From contig CALLOB010000049.1 in the NCBI GenBank assembly GCA_938005315.1, positions 5,978 to 69,977 on the forward strand: a stretch of 64,000 nucleotides of DNA. The letters run 5' to 3'. This DNA comes from an uncultured Phycisphaerae bacterium (GTDB lineage Bacteria; Planctomycetota; Phycisphaerae; UBA1845; PWPN01). Made by a program: the position numbers and the translations under genes. This document shows, in pieces, positions 25,400 to 34,183 of this stretch; the stretch's first letter is position 1, and each line of letters starts with the position of its first letter. Under the pieces are notes generated by a model. That model was given only the letters and a program-made list of their open reading frames with translations. It was not told the DNA's origin and searched no databases.

Positions 25400-26224
25400 T
25401 CAGGCGACCAGTTCGTTCTCGAGCTTGCCCTCGAAACGCTGCCGGAGCCGGTTGATGACCTCCTTGTGGATCTGGCTGACGCGGGATTCCGAGAGATCCA
25501 GCACCACGCCGATCTCGGCCATGGTCAGCTCCTCGTAGTAGTACAGGATCAGCACGAGCCGTTCCTCGCGGCTGAGTCCCCTGGTGATGTACTCGATGAG
25601 CATGGACCTGGCCATCCGGGCCGAAGGGTCGGTCTGACGGGGGTCGCCGACGTCCCACGACCGCTCGCTGGAGCGCCCGCGGGAGTCCATCCCGTCGCGG
25701 GGGTCCATCGCGGAAAAGTGCACCTCGCGGCCGAGCTGGGAGATCCTGGCCAGCTGCTCATAGCGTTCCTGGGACACGTTCATGCGCCGGGCGAGCTCGT
25801 CGTGCATCGGCGGTCGCCCGAGTTCGGCATCCAGCGTCTCGCGCACGCTCATGCGGCGTTTCTCGAAGGTCCGCACGGTCCGCGACTGGGTGTCGAGACT
25901 GCGCAGCCAGTCCATCACCGCGCCGATGATCCGCTGCTGGCAGAAGGTCTCGAACTTGGCCTTGCGGCTGGGGTCGTAGCTCTCGACCGCCTCGATGAGG
26001 CCGTCGTAGCCGGCGCTGCAGATCTCGTCGTATCCGACCTGAGCAGGCAGCTTGCGCGACAGCCGGGCCGCCTGGATGTGAACCAGCGGGGCGTAGTTCT
26101 CCACCAGCCGGTTTCTGGAGGGAATGTCCTTGCGCGAAAGATACCTCTTCCACAATCGCCTGATCTGCAGGTCCTGCCTGTTCGCGTCCTGCCTGTTCGC
26201 GTCCTGCCTGTTCGCCGCCTTCAT
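25400..26224 (-). CDS. fliA: Sigma-28 type RNA polymerase sigma factor (FliA/WhiG family)
   Basis: GGGAGG RBS. Region 2 LVENYAPLVHIQAARL...GLIEAVESYDP...FETFCQQRIIGAVMDWLR. Region 4 LSREERLVLILYYYEELTMAEIGVVLDLSESRVSQIHK. Confidence 0.8.
   Translation of the reverse strand: MKAANRQDANRQDANRQDLQIRRLWKRYLSRKDIPSRNRLVENYAPLVHIQAARLSRKLPAQVGYDEICSAGYDGLIEAVESYDPSRKAKFETFCQQRIIGAVMDWLRSLDTQSRTVRTFEKRRMSVRETLDAELGRPPMHDELARRMNVSQERYEQLARISQLGREVHFSAMDPRDGMDSRGRSSERSWDVGDPRQTDPSARMARSMLIEYITRGLSREERLVLILYYYEELTMAEIGVVLDLSESRVSQIHKEVINRLRQRFEGKLENELVA
26171..26215. repeat. Perfect 15-bp x3 tandem repeat inside the fliA N-terminus
   Basis: GTCCTGCCTGTTCGC occurs three times on the + strand. It encodes ANRQD-ANRQD-ANRQD right after MKA. 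Confidence 0.95.
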
Positions 26225-26576
26225 GGCAAGCCTCCCGGAAGAGCCTCAGGGTGCGGCGCGCCGACATGGCGGCCCGCCCGGGGTCCCCGGCGGGGAGATC
26301 GGGACCGCGGGCCGTACGTGCCGACACGCGACGATTCGCGAAACCCTCTTCGAATGTCAGGTCGAAGTTATTCCGGCGAGGAAGTGAAACGCCTCCGTGC
26401 CGGCCTTCGCGCGACGATCTTCCTTGACGCCGCGGAGATCCGCAGAGGAGTGCCACAATCTCAGCACCGTAATCCGCTCTTCGGGCCGCAACACCCGAAC
26501 AGGAATGCCGGACTGCCATTCGCGGCTTCGCCCGCGCTGCGATCTCGTAAGTACATATAACCGAAAGGCCGGCAAA

Positions 26577-26612
26577 CGCAACCCGAAAAAGCGTGGCGTT
26601 GCGATTTTTTTT
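26577..26612 (+). terminator. Intrinsic-terminator-like hairpin plus T8 with no annotated upstream + strand gene
   Basis: Stem CGCAAC(CC)...(GG)CGTTGCG, followed by A and TTTTTTTT. This is the longest T run I noticed in the window. Confidence 0.45.
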
Positions 26613-26890
26613 GAGCCCTTCGAATCGCCCACGCCCGGCGCAGGAAGAAGGCGGGTTGATGCCCCATCCCCGGCCTGACGGCCAGAACGTCGTTCCGGCA
26701 ACGGCTCAACAGGCAGAGTTCGTTCACGGCCGCAATCCGCGCCCTGGCGAAAATCCGTCGCGACGCAGTGCGAGCATCCGGGAGCAGCGGAGTTTAGGGT
26801 TGTGCGGATGTCCGGAAGGCACCGCCCGCATCGGTGCCTGGGCGAACAGGTTTGCCGGAAACCGGGTGCCGCAGACCTCTTGGCCGCGGG

Positions 26891-28138
26891 TCAGGAGGAG
26901 GCCACAAGGATGAAGTTCAGGATCAGGGAGATGCCCAGGAGGGCGCTGAGAATGATGATCGCCAGCCAGAGCTTACCGGGCACCGGGGCCGGGCCGGCCT
27001 GCACCGGCACGGGTGCCGGCGGAGCCTCGGTCAGACCCCCGTCGGCCAGCTCCGCCAGCACGTTGGCGTTCAGCTGCTGGCGGGCCATCAAGGGAGGCTC
27101 GCCGCGGGCGACGGCTTCCAGGTCGGCCAACAGGTCCGACCAGCTGGGATAGCGATCCTCCCGCTTCTTGGCCATCATCCGCTCGATGACCTCGCCGACG
27201 CCGGCCGAGAGCGTCGGCACGATGTGATCCGGAGGCACCACGGGCTCCTTGAGGTGCTTGTTCATCACCGCCGAGGGGGTCGAACCCTCGAAGGGCACCT
27301 TGCCGGTCACCATGTGGTATAACGTGCAGCCCAGCGAGTACATGTCCGCACGGAAGTCGATGCGTTCCTCCCCACGGATCTGCTCGGGGCTGATGTAATA
27401 CGGCGTTCCGTAGGCCCGGCCGGCTTCGGCCCGCGCGGCCTTCATGTCCGAGGTCTCGCGGGCCAAGCCCATGTCCGCGAGCTTGGCCACGTTGTCCCGG
27501 GTGAGCATGATGTTCTTGGGCTTGACATCGCGGTGTACGAATCCCCGGGCCGAAGCATGCTCCAGCGCCCGGGCGACCTGGATGATGATCTTCAGGGCCT
27601 CTTTCTCGGAGTACAGTCGCCCGGCCGCCAGGTCGTCGTAGACCGTCTTGCCGTCGATGTACTCCATCACGAAGTAGTGGTAACCCCCGGCATTGCCGAT
27701 CTCGATGGCCTGGACGATGTTGTTGTGGTTCAGCTTGGCGGCCGCCCGGCCCTCCTTCTTGAAGCGCTCCACGAACTCCGGATCCTCGCTGAGCTTCTTG
27801 GGCAGCACCTTGATGGCCACCACCCGGTCGAGGCTCAGCTGGCGGGCCTTGAAGACCGTGGCCATGGCCCCGGCCCCGAGCTTGCCCAGGATCTGGTAGC
27901 CCGGGATCTGCTGGGCCTTCTTGGCGATGGAGTCCTCCATGTCGCCGCTGAGCCGCTGGAGCTGCGAGCGGGTGACATAGCCGGCCTTGATCATCACCTC
28001 GCTCAGGGGCAGCTTCTTGCCGGTGGCGGCGAGCTCCTTCTGCTCGTTGACGCAGGCGTTCAGTTCCTCCGGCGTCACCAGCTTCTGCTCGACGGCCAGG
28101 CGGCCGATCACGGATTCGCTGGGCAGGGCTTCGGACAT
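26891..28138 (-). CDS. Hanks-type Ser/Thr protein kinase with T2SSE_N/MshEN-like N-terminal domain and C-terminal TM anchor
   Basis: Kinase motifs GKLGAGAMATVFKA, VAIKVL, HRDVKPKNIML, LADMGLA, GTPYYISPEQ. N-terminus VIGRLAVEQKLVTPEELNACVNEQ...LSEVMIKAGYVTRSQLQRL. C-terminus LWLAIIILSALLGISLILNFILV. Confidence 0.85.
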   Translation of the reverse strand: MSEALPSESVIGRLAVEQKLVTPEELNACVNEQKELAATGKKLPLSEVMIKAGYVTRSQLQRLSGDMEDSIAKKAQQIPGYQILGKLGAGAMATVFKARQLSLDRVVAIKVLPKKLSEDPEFVERFKKEGRAAAKLNHNNIVQAIEIGNAGGYHYFVMEYIDGKTVYDDLAAGRLYSEKEALKIIIQVARALEHASARGFVHRDVKPKNIMLTRDNVAKLADMGLARETSDMKAARAEAGRAYGTPYYISPEQIRGEERIDFRADMYSLGCTLYHMVTGKVPFEGSTPSAVMNKHLKEPVVPPDHIVPTLSAGVGEVIERMMAKKREDRYPSWSDLLADLEAVARGEPPLMARQQLNANVLAELADGGLTEAPPAPVPVQAGPAPVPGKLWLAIIILSALLGISLILNFILVASS

Positions 28139-28295
28139 GCAAGGCCTCTCCGCGTGCCGCGGCGCCGGCGGCGGTCCGGGCGGGGGCCGCCGGCCGGAGC
28201 CGACGCGACGGTCTTTCTACTGTATCGGACGCCGCCGACCGGCGGCAAGCGCCTTTCGCGTCACCCGCTCCGCTCATGCGCGTCGCCGGCGACTC

Positions 28296-29501
28296 TCATC
28301 CCGCCTGTAGCAGCGATGCGATCCTGCCCAGGGCCTTCTGCAGGTCCGGCGGCGAGCCGGCCAGCAAGGTCCGGATCTCCTCGCACAGTTCCCGCTGTTC
28401 GGCGGTGAGCGGCCCGACCGCGTCGGTGGGCGATTCGAGCCCCAGGGCCCCGCGGATCCTCCGCCGCAGGTCCGGCAGCCCGGCGCCGGTCAGGGCGCTG
28501 ACCACCACCGGAGCCGCTTCCTCGGGGACCGGCGGGTTTTTCCAGCCCTCCGCACACCCCAGGTCGGACTTGTTGAGTACCCGCAGCCGCCGGCCCCCGG
28601 TCCCGCCGGGCGGGCCGGTCGAGGCCAGGGCCGTGAGGTCGGTCGGCGACGGTGGGGCCGAACCGTCGAGCACCTCGAGTATCAGGTCGGCGTGCTGCAC
28701 CTGGGCGGCGGCGCGACGGATAGCCTCGGCCTCCAGTGCGTCGCACGGTTCACGCAGGCCCGCCGTGTCCACCAGGACGCATGGAATGCCGTCGAGACTG
28801 CCGGCGTGTTCGGTCCAGTCACGGGTGGTGCCCGGCTGGTCGCTCACGATGGCTCTGCCGGCGTCGGCCAGGGCGTTGGCCAACGTGGACTTGCCGGCGT
28901 TCGGAGGGCCGATCAGCACCACGCGGGCGCCGCAGAGCATCAGACGGGCGGCCGGCGCAGCCCGACACAGCCGTTCCATCACCTCCGCGGCGCCGGCGGC
29001 GTCGCCTGAGCCGATGCGGTGCGACGTTTCGACCAGTGCAGCGGTCAGGGCCTTCCCCGCGTGCAGCATCCACAGGGCGGCCGTCGGCGTGCGGGCCGCC
29101 GGCAGCAGGTCGAGGACCGCCTCGGCCACGGCCGAATCGGTCGCGTCCCGCCACGGTCGAAGCGATGCCGGCTCGACGATCTCCGCGCCGGCGGCGGACA
29201 GCAATCGCAGTGCCCGCTGCACGATTCGCGGCCCGCCATGCAGACTCAGATCGACCACTCGACGGCCGCGGACGTCGGCGTGGGTTGCCACGATGACTTC
29301 ATCGACGACCTCGTCGCCGTCCACCAGCCGGCACAGCCGCAGCTCCGAAGGGGCCGTGCCGTCCAGGTCCAGCGGCCGCCGGGTACGCAGGTGGGGGGCC
29401 AGCAGTCGGTGGGCGCCCGCGCCGACCACCCTGATCACGGCCACGCCACCGGCGGCGGGGGGTGTCAGGCAAGCCGCGCGCACCGGTTCAATCGTGGGCA
29501 T
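28296..29501 (-). CDS. MnmE/TrmE-like GTPase, divergent (no C-terminal CxGK)
   Basis: N-terminal GGVAVIRVVGAG and DLSLHGGP. G domain GPPNAGKSTLANAL, GTTRD, DTAGLRE, NKSD. The protein ends ...RIASLLQAG. ATG at 29501; the track gives a GTG one codon upstream. It overlaps the coaX 3' end. Confidence 0.65.
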   Translation of the reverse strand: MPTIEPVRAACLTPPAAGGVAVIRVVGAGAHRLLAPHLRTRRPLDLDGTAPSELRLCRLVDGDEVVDEVIVATHADVRGRRVVDLSLHGGPRIVQRALRLLSAAGAEIVEPASLRPWRDATDSAVAEAVLDLLPAARTPTAALWMLHAGKALTAALVETSHRIGSGDAAGAAEVMERLCRAAPAARLMLCGARVVLIGPPNAGKSTLANALADAGRAIVSDQPGTTRDWTEHAGSLDGIPCVLVDTAGLREPCDALEAEAIRRAAAQVQHADLILEVLDGSAPPSPTDLTALASTGPPGGTGGRRLRVLNKSDLGCAEGWKNPPVPEEAAPVVVSALTGAGLPDLRRRIRGALGLESPTDAVGPLTAEQRELCEEIRTLLAGSPPDLQKALGRIASLLQAG

Positions 29502-30282
29502 CACCGCAGACCGCCCGGCGATACGCCAGCCACAGGCCGTCGAAGAGCAGATCCGGAACCACGTGGTCTACGAAATCGCACGCCCGGGCGACCGCCGGTC
29601 CGTCGCCGCCGGTGACCACCAGCGGCGGCCACTTGCCGACTTCGGTGGCGTAACGCTCCACGATCTCGCGTAGAGCCCCGCACATCATCGCGAAGACGCC
29701 CCCGCGGATCGCGGCGGCGGTGTCCTTGCCCAGCGTGGCCGTTGTGTGACCGACGTCCACGAGCGGTAACTGCGCGGTGTGTTCGTGCAGGGCCCGGGCG
29801 GCCATGGCCATGCCCGGGAAGATGGTGCCGCCCAGAAGCACGCCGTTATCGGAGATCAGGTCGATGGTCACCGCCGTGCCGAAGTCCGCGGCGACGCAGG
29901 CCCCGCCGACGATCTCGAACGCCCCGGCCGCCACGCACAGCCGGTCCGCGCCGACCTTCGCTGGCTCGAGCACGTCGGCGTCGATCGGCGGGGCCAGGTC
30001 CTCCCCGACGACCCGCACGGGCGCGATTCCCGACGCCCGGCACCAGGCCTTGAAATCGGCCAGTGCCGACGGGTTCACGCTGCAGACCGCCAACGACCGA
30101 CCCCGGCCGGCCGGAAGGGCATTCCACGCCCGCGAGACGGCGGCGTTGAAACCGGCCTCGTCCGCGACCGCGAAATGCAGCGATTCGCCCCGTTCGGTCG
30201 CCGAGCGGACGGTCACCGCCCGGCGGGTGTTGCCGATGCCGACCAGCACTGCCCCATGCCCTGGGAGCGAAACCGGGCTCAT
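29488..30282 (-). CDS. coaX: Type III pantothenate kinase
   Basis: LVGIGNTR, AADFGTAVTIDLISDNGVLLGGTIFPG, LGKDTAAAIRGG. Confidence 0.8.
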   Translation of the reverse strand: MSPVSLPGHGAVLVGIGNTRRAVTVRSATERGESLHFAVADEAGFNAAVSRAWNALPAGRGRSLAVCSVNPSALADFKAWCRASGIAPVRVVGEDLAPPIDADVLEPAKVGADRLCVAAGAFEIVGGACVAADFGTAVTIDLISDNGVLLGGTIFPGMAMAARALHEHTAQLPLVDVGHTTATLGKDTAAAIRGGVFAMMCGALREIVERYATEVGKWPPLVVTGGDGPAVARACDFVDHVVPDLLFDGLWLAYRRAVCGDAHD

Positions 30283-31445
30283 GACGGTTCCTCCGCCACG
30301 GCCGCCGGGCCGTCGGCACCGCTTTCCCAGCGTCCGTCCATGGTGGGATCGGCATCAGGATCGCTCGCCGGTTTCGGGCATGCTCTCAGATGCGGCGGCA
30401 GGGCGAAGGGATCCTCGACCGGCCGGCGTTTCGCGTTTTCCTCTGTCTCCCGGCGTGCCCGGGCGATCATATCCCAGAGCCGCTCGGCCAGTTCGCCCAG
30501 GCCGGACCCGGTGACGCCGCTGACGGCGAAAACTTCGCGGTCGAGGTCCACGCGCAGGTCGTCCACGGCCTGAAGGTTGTCGGCCAGATCGATCTTATTG
30601 GCCACCACGATCTCGGGCTTCTCCGCGAGCATGGCGGAGTACTGCCGCAGCTCGCCGCGGATGATCCGATAGGCCTCGGCCGGGGCGGGCTGGCCGGGCA
30701 GGGGGTGTACGTCGATGAGATGCACGATGACCCGGGTACGCTCGATGTGCCGCAGGAACGCGTCCCCCAGGCCGACGCCCTGGTGGGCGCCCTCGATGAG
30801 CCCGGGGATGTCGGCCATCACGAAGCGCCGGTAACCGCTGAGCTCGACGATGCCCAGCTGCGGCTCGGTGGTGGTGAACGGGTAATCGGCGATCTTGGGC
30901 TGGGCCCGGCTGAGCCGCGACAGAAGCGTGCTCTTGCCGGCGTTGGGCAGACCGACCAGCCCGACGTCGGCGATCAGCTTGAGCTCCAGACGAAGCCAGC
31001 GCTCCTCGGGAGGTTCTCCAGGCTGCGAGAAGCGCGGCGCCTGTCGTCGCGAGTTGACGAAGTGGGCGTTGCCCTTGCCGCCTCGACCGCCCCGGGCGAT
31101 CAGCACCCGTTCACCGGGCGTGTCGAGGTCCTTGATCAGGAGGCCCGTGTCGCGGTCATAGACCAGTGTGCCGGGGGCCACGGGCACGTACACGTCCCGT
31201 CCGCCGCGGCCGGTGCGGTTCTGGCCCGAGCCGGGCTGGCCGTTGCCGGCGATCCAGTGATGCCGACCGGTGAGATCGAGCAGTGTGGTCAGGGAAGGCT
31301 CGGCCACGAGGTAGACATCGCCGCCCCGCCCGCCGTCTCCGCCGTCCGGGCCGCCCTTGGGCAGGAACTTTTCTCGCCGGAAGCTCACGCACCCGTGGCC
31401 GCCGCGACCGCCCCGGACATAGATTTCCGCGTGATCGATGAACAT
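30279..31445 (-). CDS. obg: GTPase Obg/CgtA
   Basis: MFIDHAEIYVRGGRGGHGCVSFRREKF...GGPDGGDGGRGGDV, ADVGLVGLPNAGKSTLL, ADIPGLIEGAHQG. Confidence 0.9.
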   Translation of the reverse strand: MFIDHAEIYVRGGRGGHGCVSFRREKFLPKGGPDGGDGGRGGDVYLVAEPSLTTLLDLTGRHHWIAGNGQPGSGQNRTGRGGRDVYVPVAPGTLVYDRDTGLLIKDLDTPGERVLIARGGRGGKGNAHFVNSRRQAPRFSQPGEPPEERWLRLELKLIADVGLVGLPNAGKSTLLSRLSRAQPKIADYPFTTTEPQLGIVELSGYRRFVMADIPGLIEGAHQGVGLGDAFLRHIERTRVIVHLIDVHPLPGQPAPAEAYRIIRGELRQYSAMLAEKPEIVVANKIDLADNLQAVDDLRVDLDREVFAVSGVTGSGLGELAERLWDMIARARRETEENAKRRPVEDPFALPPHLRACPKPASDPDADPTMDGRWESGADGPAAVAEEPS

Positions 31446-31539
31446 TGGAGCCGCCGCCCCGGCCGGACGAAAACACCCGCAGCGGACCGGCAGGCGGTCC
31501 GCCGCCGGCTTCCGGGCGGCTTCGGCCGTGCCTGGGGGA

Positions 31540-31785
31540 TCAGTTGGCGGCGGGCTGGATCTCCACCCGCCGGCCCTTGAATACGACGATGCCGTCCACC
31601 ATCGCGAACAGCGTGTCGTCCCGGCCCCGGCCGACGAACCGGCCCGGCTTGAAGACCGTTCCGCGCTGCCGGACGATGACGGAGCCGGTCCTGGCCGTCT
31701 GGCCGCCGTAAAGCTTCACGCCCAAGTACTTCGGATTGCTGTCCCGACCGTTACGTGACGAGCCCTGTCCTTTTTTGTGAGCCAT
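31540..31785 (-). CDS. rpmA: 50S ribosomal protein L27
   Basis: [29 protein letters not shown]...IVRQRGT. Confidence 0.9.
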   Translation of the reverse strand: MAHKKGQGSSRNGRDSNPKYLGVKLYGGQTARTGSVIVRQRGTVFKPGRFVGRGRDDTLFAMVDGIVVFKGRRVEIQPAAN

Positions 31786-31845
31786 TGCCCTGAACTCCCC
31801 GGTCGGCGCCGCAGCATGACGGACCCGCCTCCGCGCCGAACCGCA

Positions 31846-32520
31846 TCACCTCATGATCCATTCCTGCCTGTCGGTCACGCGCTCCGGCACGCTGCGGCTC
31901 CGCAGCGATTCGCTGCCCGGGAACCGGTACGGAATCGCCAGGGTCTTGCGCAACACGAAGTGCCGGGGGTTGGCTTCGCTGTCGGGGGCGCTGGGGTTGA
32001 ACGCCGGATTGCGCCACCGCGCGGTCTCGCCGGACAGCCCGGCGACATAAACCGTGAACGCCTTGGCCGCCGGGTCGAAATCCGGCCAGATCGCCACGCT
32101 GTACCGCCGCCGATCCTCACCGCGAAGCAGCCGTCCCACGACCCGCTCCGGGGCGACCAGCAGCGGGTTGCCGACCCGCGCGAACGCCGCCCGGAACGCC
32201 TCCGGGCTCACCCCGACATCGCTGCGGACCACCTTCAACGTGTCGGTGACGATGTCGAAGCGAGGATAGAACTCCACCTCCGCATCGGTCGGATTCTCGA
32301 CCGAGTACACCATATACCAGTACAGCACCGGTTCGCTGTGCCCCGGAACGACCACCGACAGGCGCTGGGGATCCTGAAACCGGAACTTCAGTTCCCAAGA
32401 TACCGGTGCGACCGCCGGCTTCGGGGCATCCTCGACCATCGGCGGCACTGGGGAGGCGGCGAAGGCCCCCACAGGGGAGGCCGTGAAACACAAGGTCATT
32501 CCGATCAATATTTTGCGCAT
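31846..32520 (-). CDS. Secreted hypothetical protein
   Basis: Internal ATG at 32520 gives signal peptide MRKILIGMTLCFTASPVGAFA. Composition is coding-like (LYWYMVYSVENPTDAEVEFYPRFDIV). No family recognised. Confidence 0.5.
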   Translation of the reverse strand: MRKILIGMTLCFTASPVGAFAASPVPPMVEDAPKPAVAPVSWELKFRFQDPQRLSVVVPGHSEPVLYWYMVYSVENPTDAEVEFYPRFDIVTDTLKVVRSDVGVSPEAFRAAFARVGNPLLVAPERVVGRLLRGEDRRRYSVAIWPDFDPAAKAFTVYVAGLSGETARWRNPAFNPSAPDSEANPRHFVLRKTLAIPYRFPGSESLRSRSVPERVTDRQEWIMR

Positions 32521-32911
32521 GCTTGAACCGCCGCAGAACCCCGAGCCGGTCCTCCCCCGTCCCGCGCAGAGGCCCTCGCAGGCCGTGCAGGCGAACGGTC
32601 GAATCTTCACATTGTAGAAAACCGCCCGGGTGCGTCAAGGCGGGCCGTTTCCAGGCCTTTCCAGGCCGTGCGCGGCCGCTCACGGATCCAGCCCGGAACG
32701 CCGGTCCGCCTGCAGGATCGCTCGGCCAAGACGGGCATCGCTGCGGATGCAGGCAGGACCCGACCCCGGGTCCGGGACGGTCAGACGGGCCTGATTGCCG
32801 GCCCGGGGGTGTGCGACCGGTGAACCGGGCGGGAAGGTATGGGCCGGAGCTCGGACGACCTGGTGCGTCGGCTGTTTTGCAGAGGGGTATAAGTGGTTAT
32901 CATTCCGGTGG

Positions 32912-33490
32912 ATGCAGCGGGACATCGATCGCATCCTGATCCCCAGTCGCCAGATCGCCGAGCGCGTGGGCGAACTGGCGGCCGAACTGGCCGACAAGTA
33001 TGCCCCGGCCGGTGCGGAGCGTTCCTGCGAGTTGACCATTGTGGCGATCCTCTCAGGTTCGCTGATTTTCCTGGCCGATCTGATCCGTCGCCTGCCGATG
33101 CGGATGCGGATCGCCTTGGTGACCGTGTCCAGCTATCCTGCGGCCAGTACCAAGTCGCGCGGCGCCCGGCTCCTCGAGCAGATCACAGTCGATGTGGCCG
33201 GGCGGGACGTGTTGATCGTGGACGATATCCTGGATACCGGCGGGACGCTGCGGGCCGTGCGGGCGGAACTGGCCCGGCGGCAGCCGCGCTCGATCCGCAC
33301 TTGTGTGCTGCTGCGCAAGCCCGGCAAGGCCCCGCCGGACGTTCCGGCGGACTTCGTGGGTTTCGACATCGACAATTACTTCGTGGTGGGCTACGGCCTG
33401 GACTTCGACGGTCTTTACCGTAATCTTCCGGACATCGCGGTGCTTCGTCCGGAGCTCTACACCTCCGGGCCCGGCGGCGACCGGGCGTGA
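32912..33490 (+). CDS. hpt: Hypoxanthine phosphoribosyltransferase
   Basis: PRPP motif VLIVDDILDTGGTL, LLRKP, FVVGYGLDF. Confidence 0.85.
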   Translation: MQRDIDRILIPSRQIAERVGELAAELADKYAPAGAERSCELTIVAILSGSLIFLADLIRRLPMRMRIALVTVSSYPAASTKSRGARLLEQITVDVAGRDVLIVDDILDTGGTLRAVRAELARRQPRSIRTCVLLRKPGKAPPDVPADFVGFDIDNYFVVGYGLDFDGLYRNLPDIAVLRPELYTSGPGGDRA

Positions 33491-33515
33491 ATGATCAAGG
33501 TTTTCCGGCCAGGCG

Positions 33516-34148
33516 ATGGTCACAGGCGCGCCGATGCAAGAGCGACTGCGTGACGGCAGGGTCGGAGCTGCTGCCGGCGGATTGGCCCTCACCCAAGCGG
33601 GCGGGCACCCGGCCGACGCCCGCGCCTTCGACCGGGCCGATCTGCTGCCGGCCCACCTGCTGGACGGCGACGAGATCGTGATTCTGGCGATCAAGCCGTC
33701 GCTGTGGTTCGTGGTGTTCGTATCCGCCCGCTGGGTCACGGCCATGGTCATGGTGATGGTGCTGGCCGAGTGGCTCAGTGCCGGGATTCCACCCCTGCGT
33801 CCCGAGCTGGTCATCCGCGGGGCGGCGGCCCTTGCGGGGGCCCGGCTGGGTCTGGGGATGCTGCAGTGGGTCTCGCACCTGTACGTGTTGACCAACCGGC
33901 GGGTCCTGCGGCTGCGCGGGATCTTCAACGTCGATCTTTTCGAGTGTCAGCTGACCCGCATCCAGCACACCTATGTCACGCTCGCCTGGTACGAGCGGCT
34001 GGTCGGGGCGGGGACGATCTGGTTTTCGACCGCCGGCGCGCCGGGGACCCAGGCCGCCTGGCGGCATGTGGCCCATCCGCTGGAGATTCACGAGCAGGTG
34101 CGGTCGGCGGTCAACAGGTCTCAGCGGCCGGGGTCCAGCAGCGTCTGA
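33516..34148 (+). CDS. Membrane protein with bacterial PH (bPH_2/YdbS-like) domain
   Basis: Two TM helices (LWFVVFVSARWVTAMVMVMVLAEWL) are followed by YVLTNRRVLRLRGIFNVDLFECQLTRIQ. Confidence 0.6.
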   Translation: MVTGAPMQERLRDGRVGAAAGGLALTQAGGHPADARAFDRADLLPAHLLDGDEIVILAIKPSLWFVVFVSARWVTAMVMVMVLAEWLSAGIPPLRPELVIRGAAALAGARLGLGMLQWVSHLYVLTNRRVLRLRGIFNVDLFECQLTRIQHTYVTLAWYERLVGAGTIWFSTAGAPGTQAAWRHVAHPLEIHEQVRSAVNRSQRPGSSSV

Positions 34149-34183
34149 AGCGCCGGCGTGCGGCCCGTCGAGAAGGAGCGACC

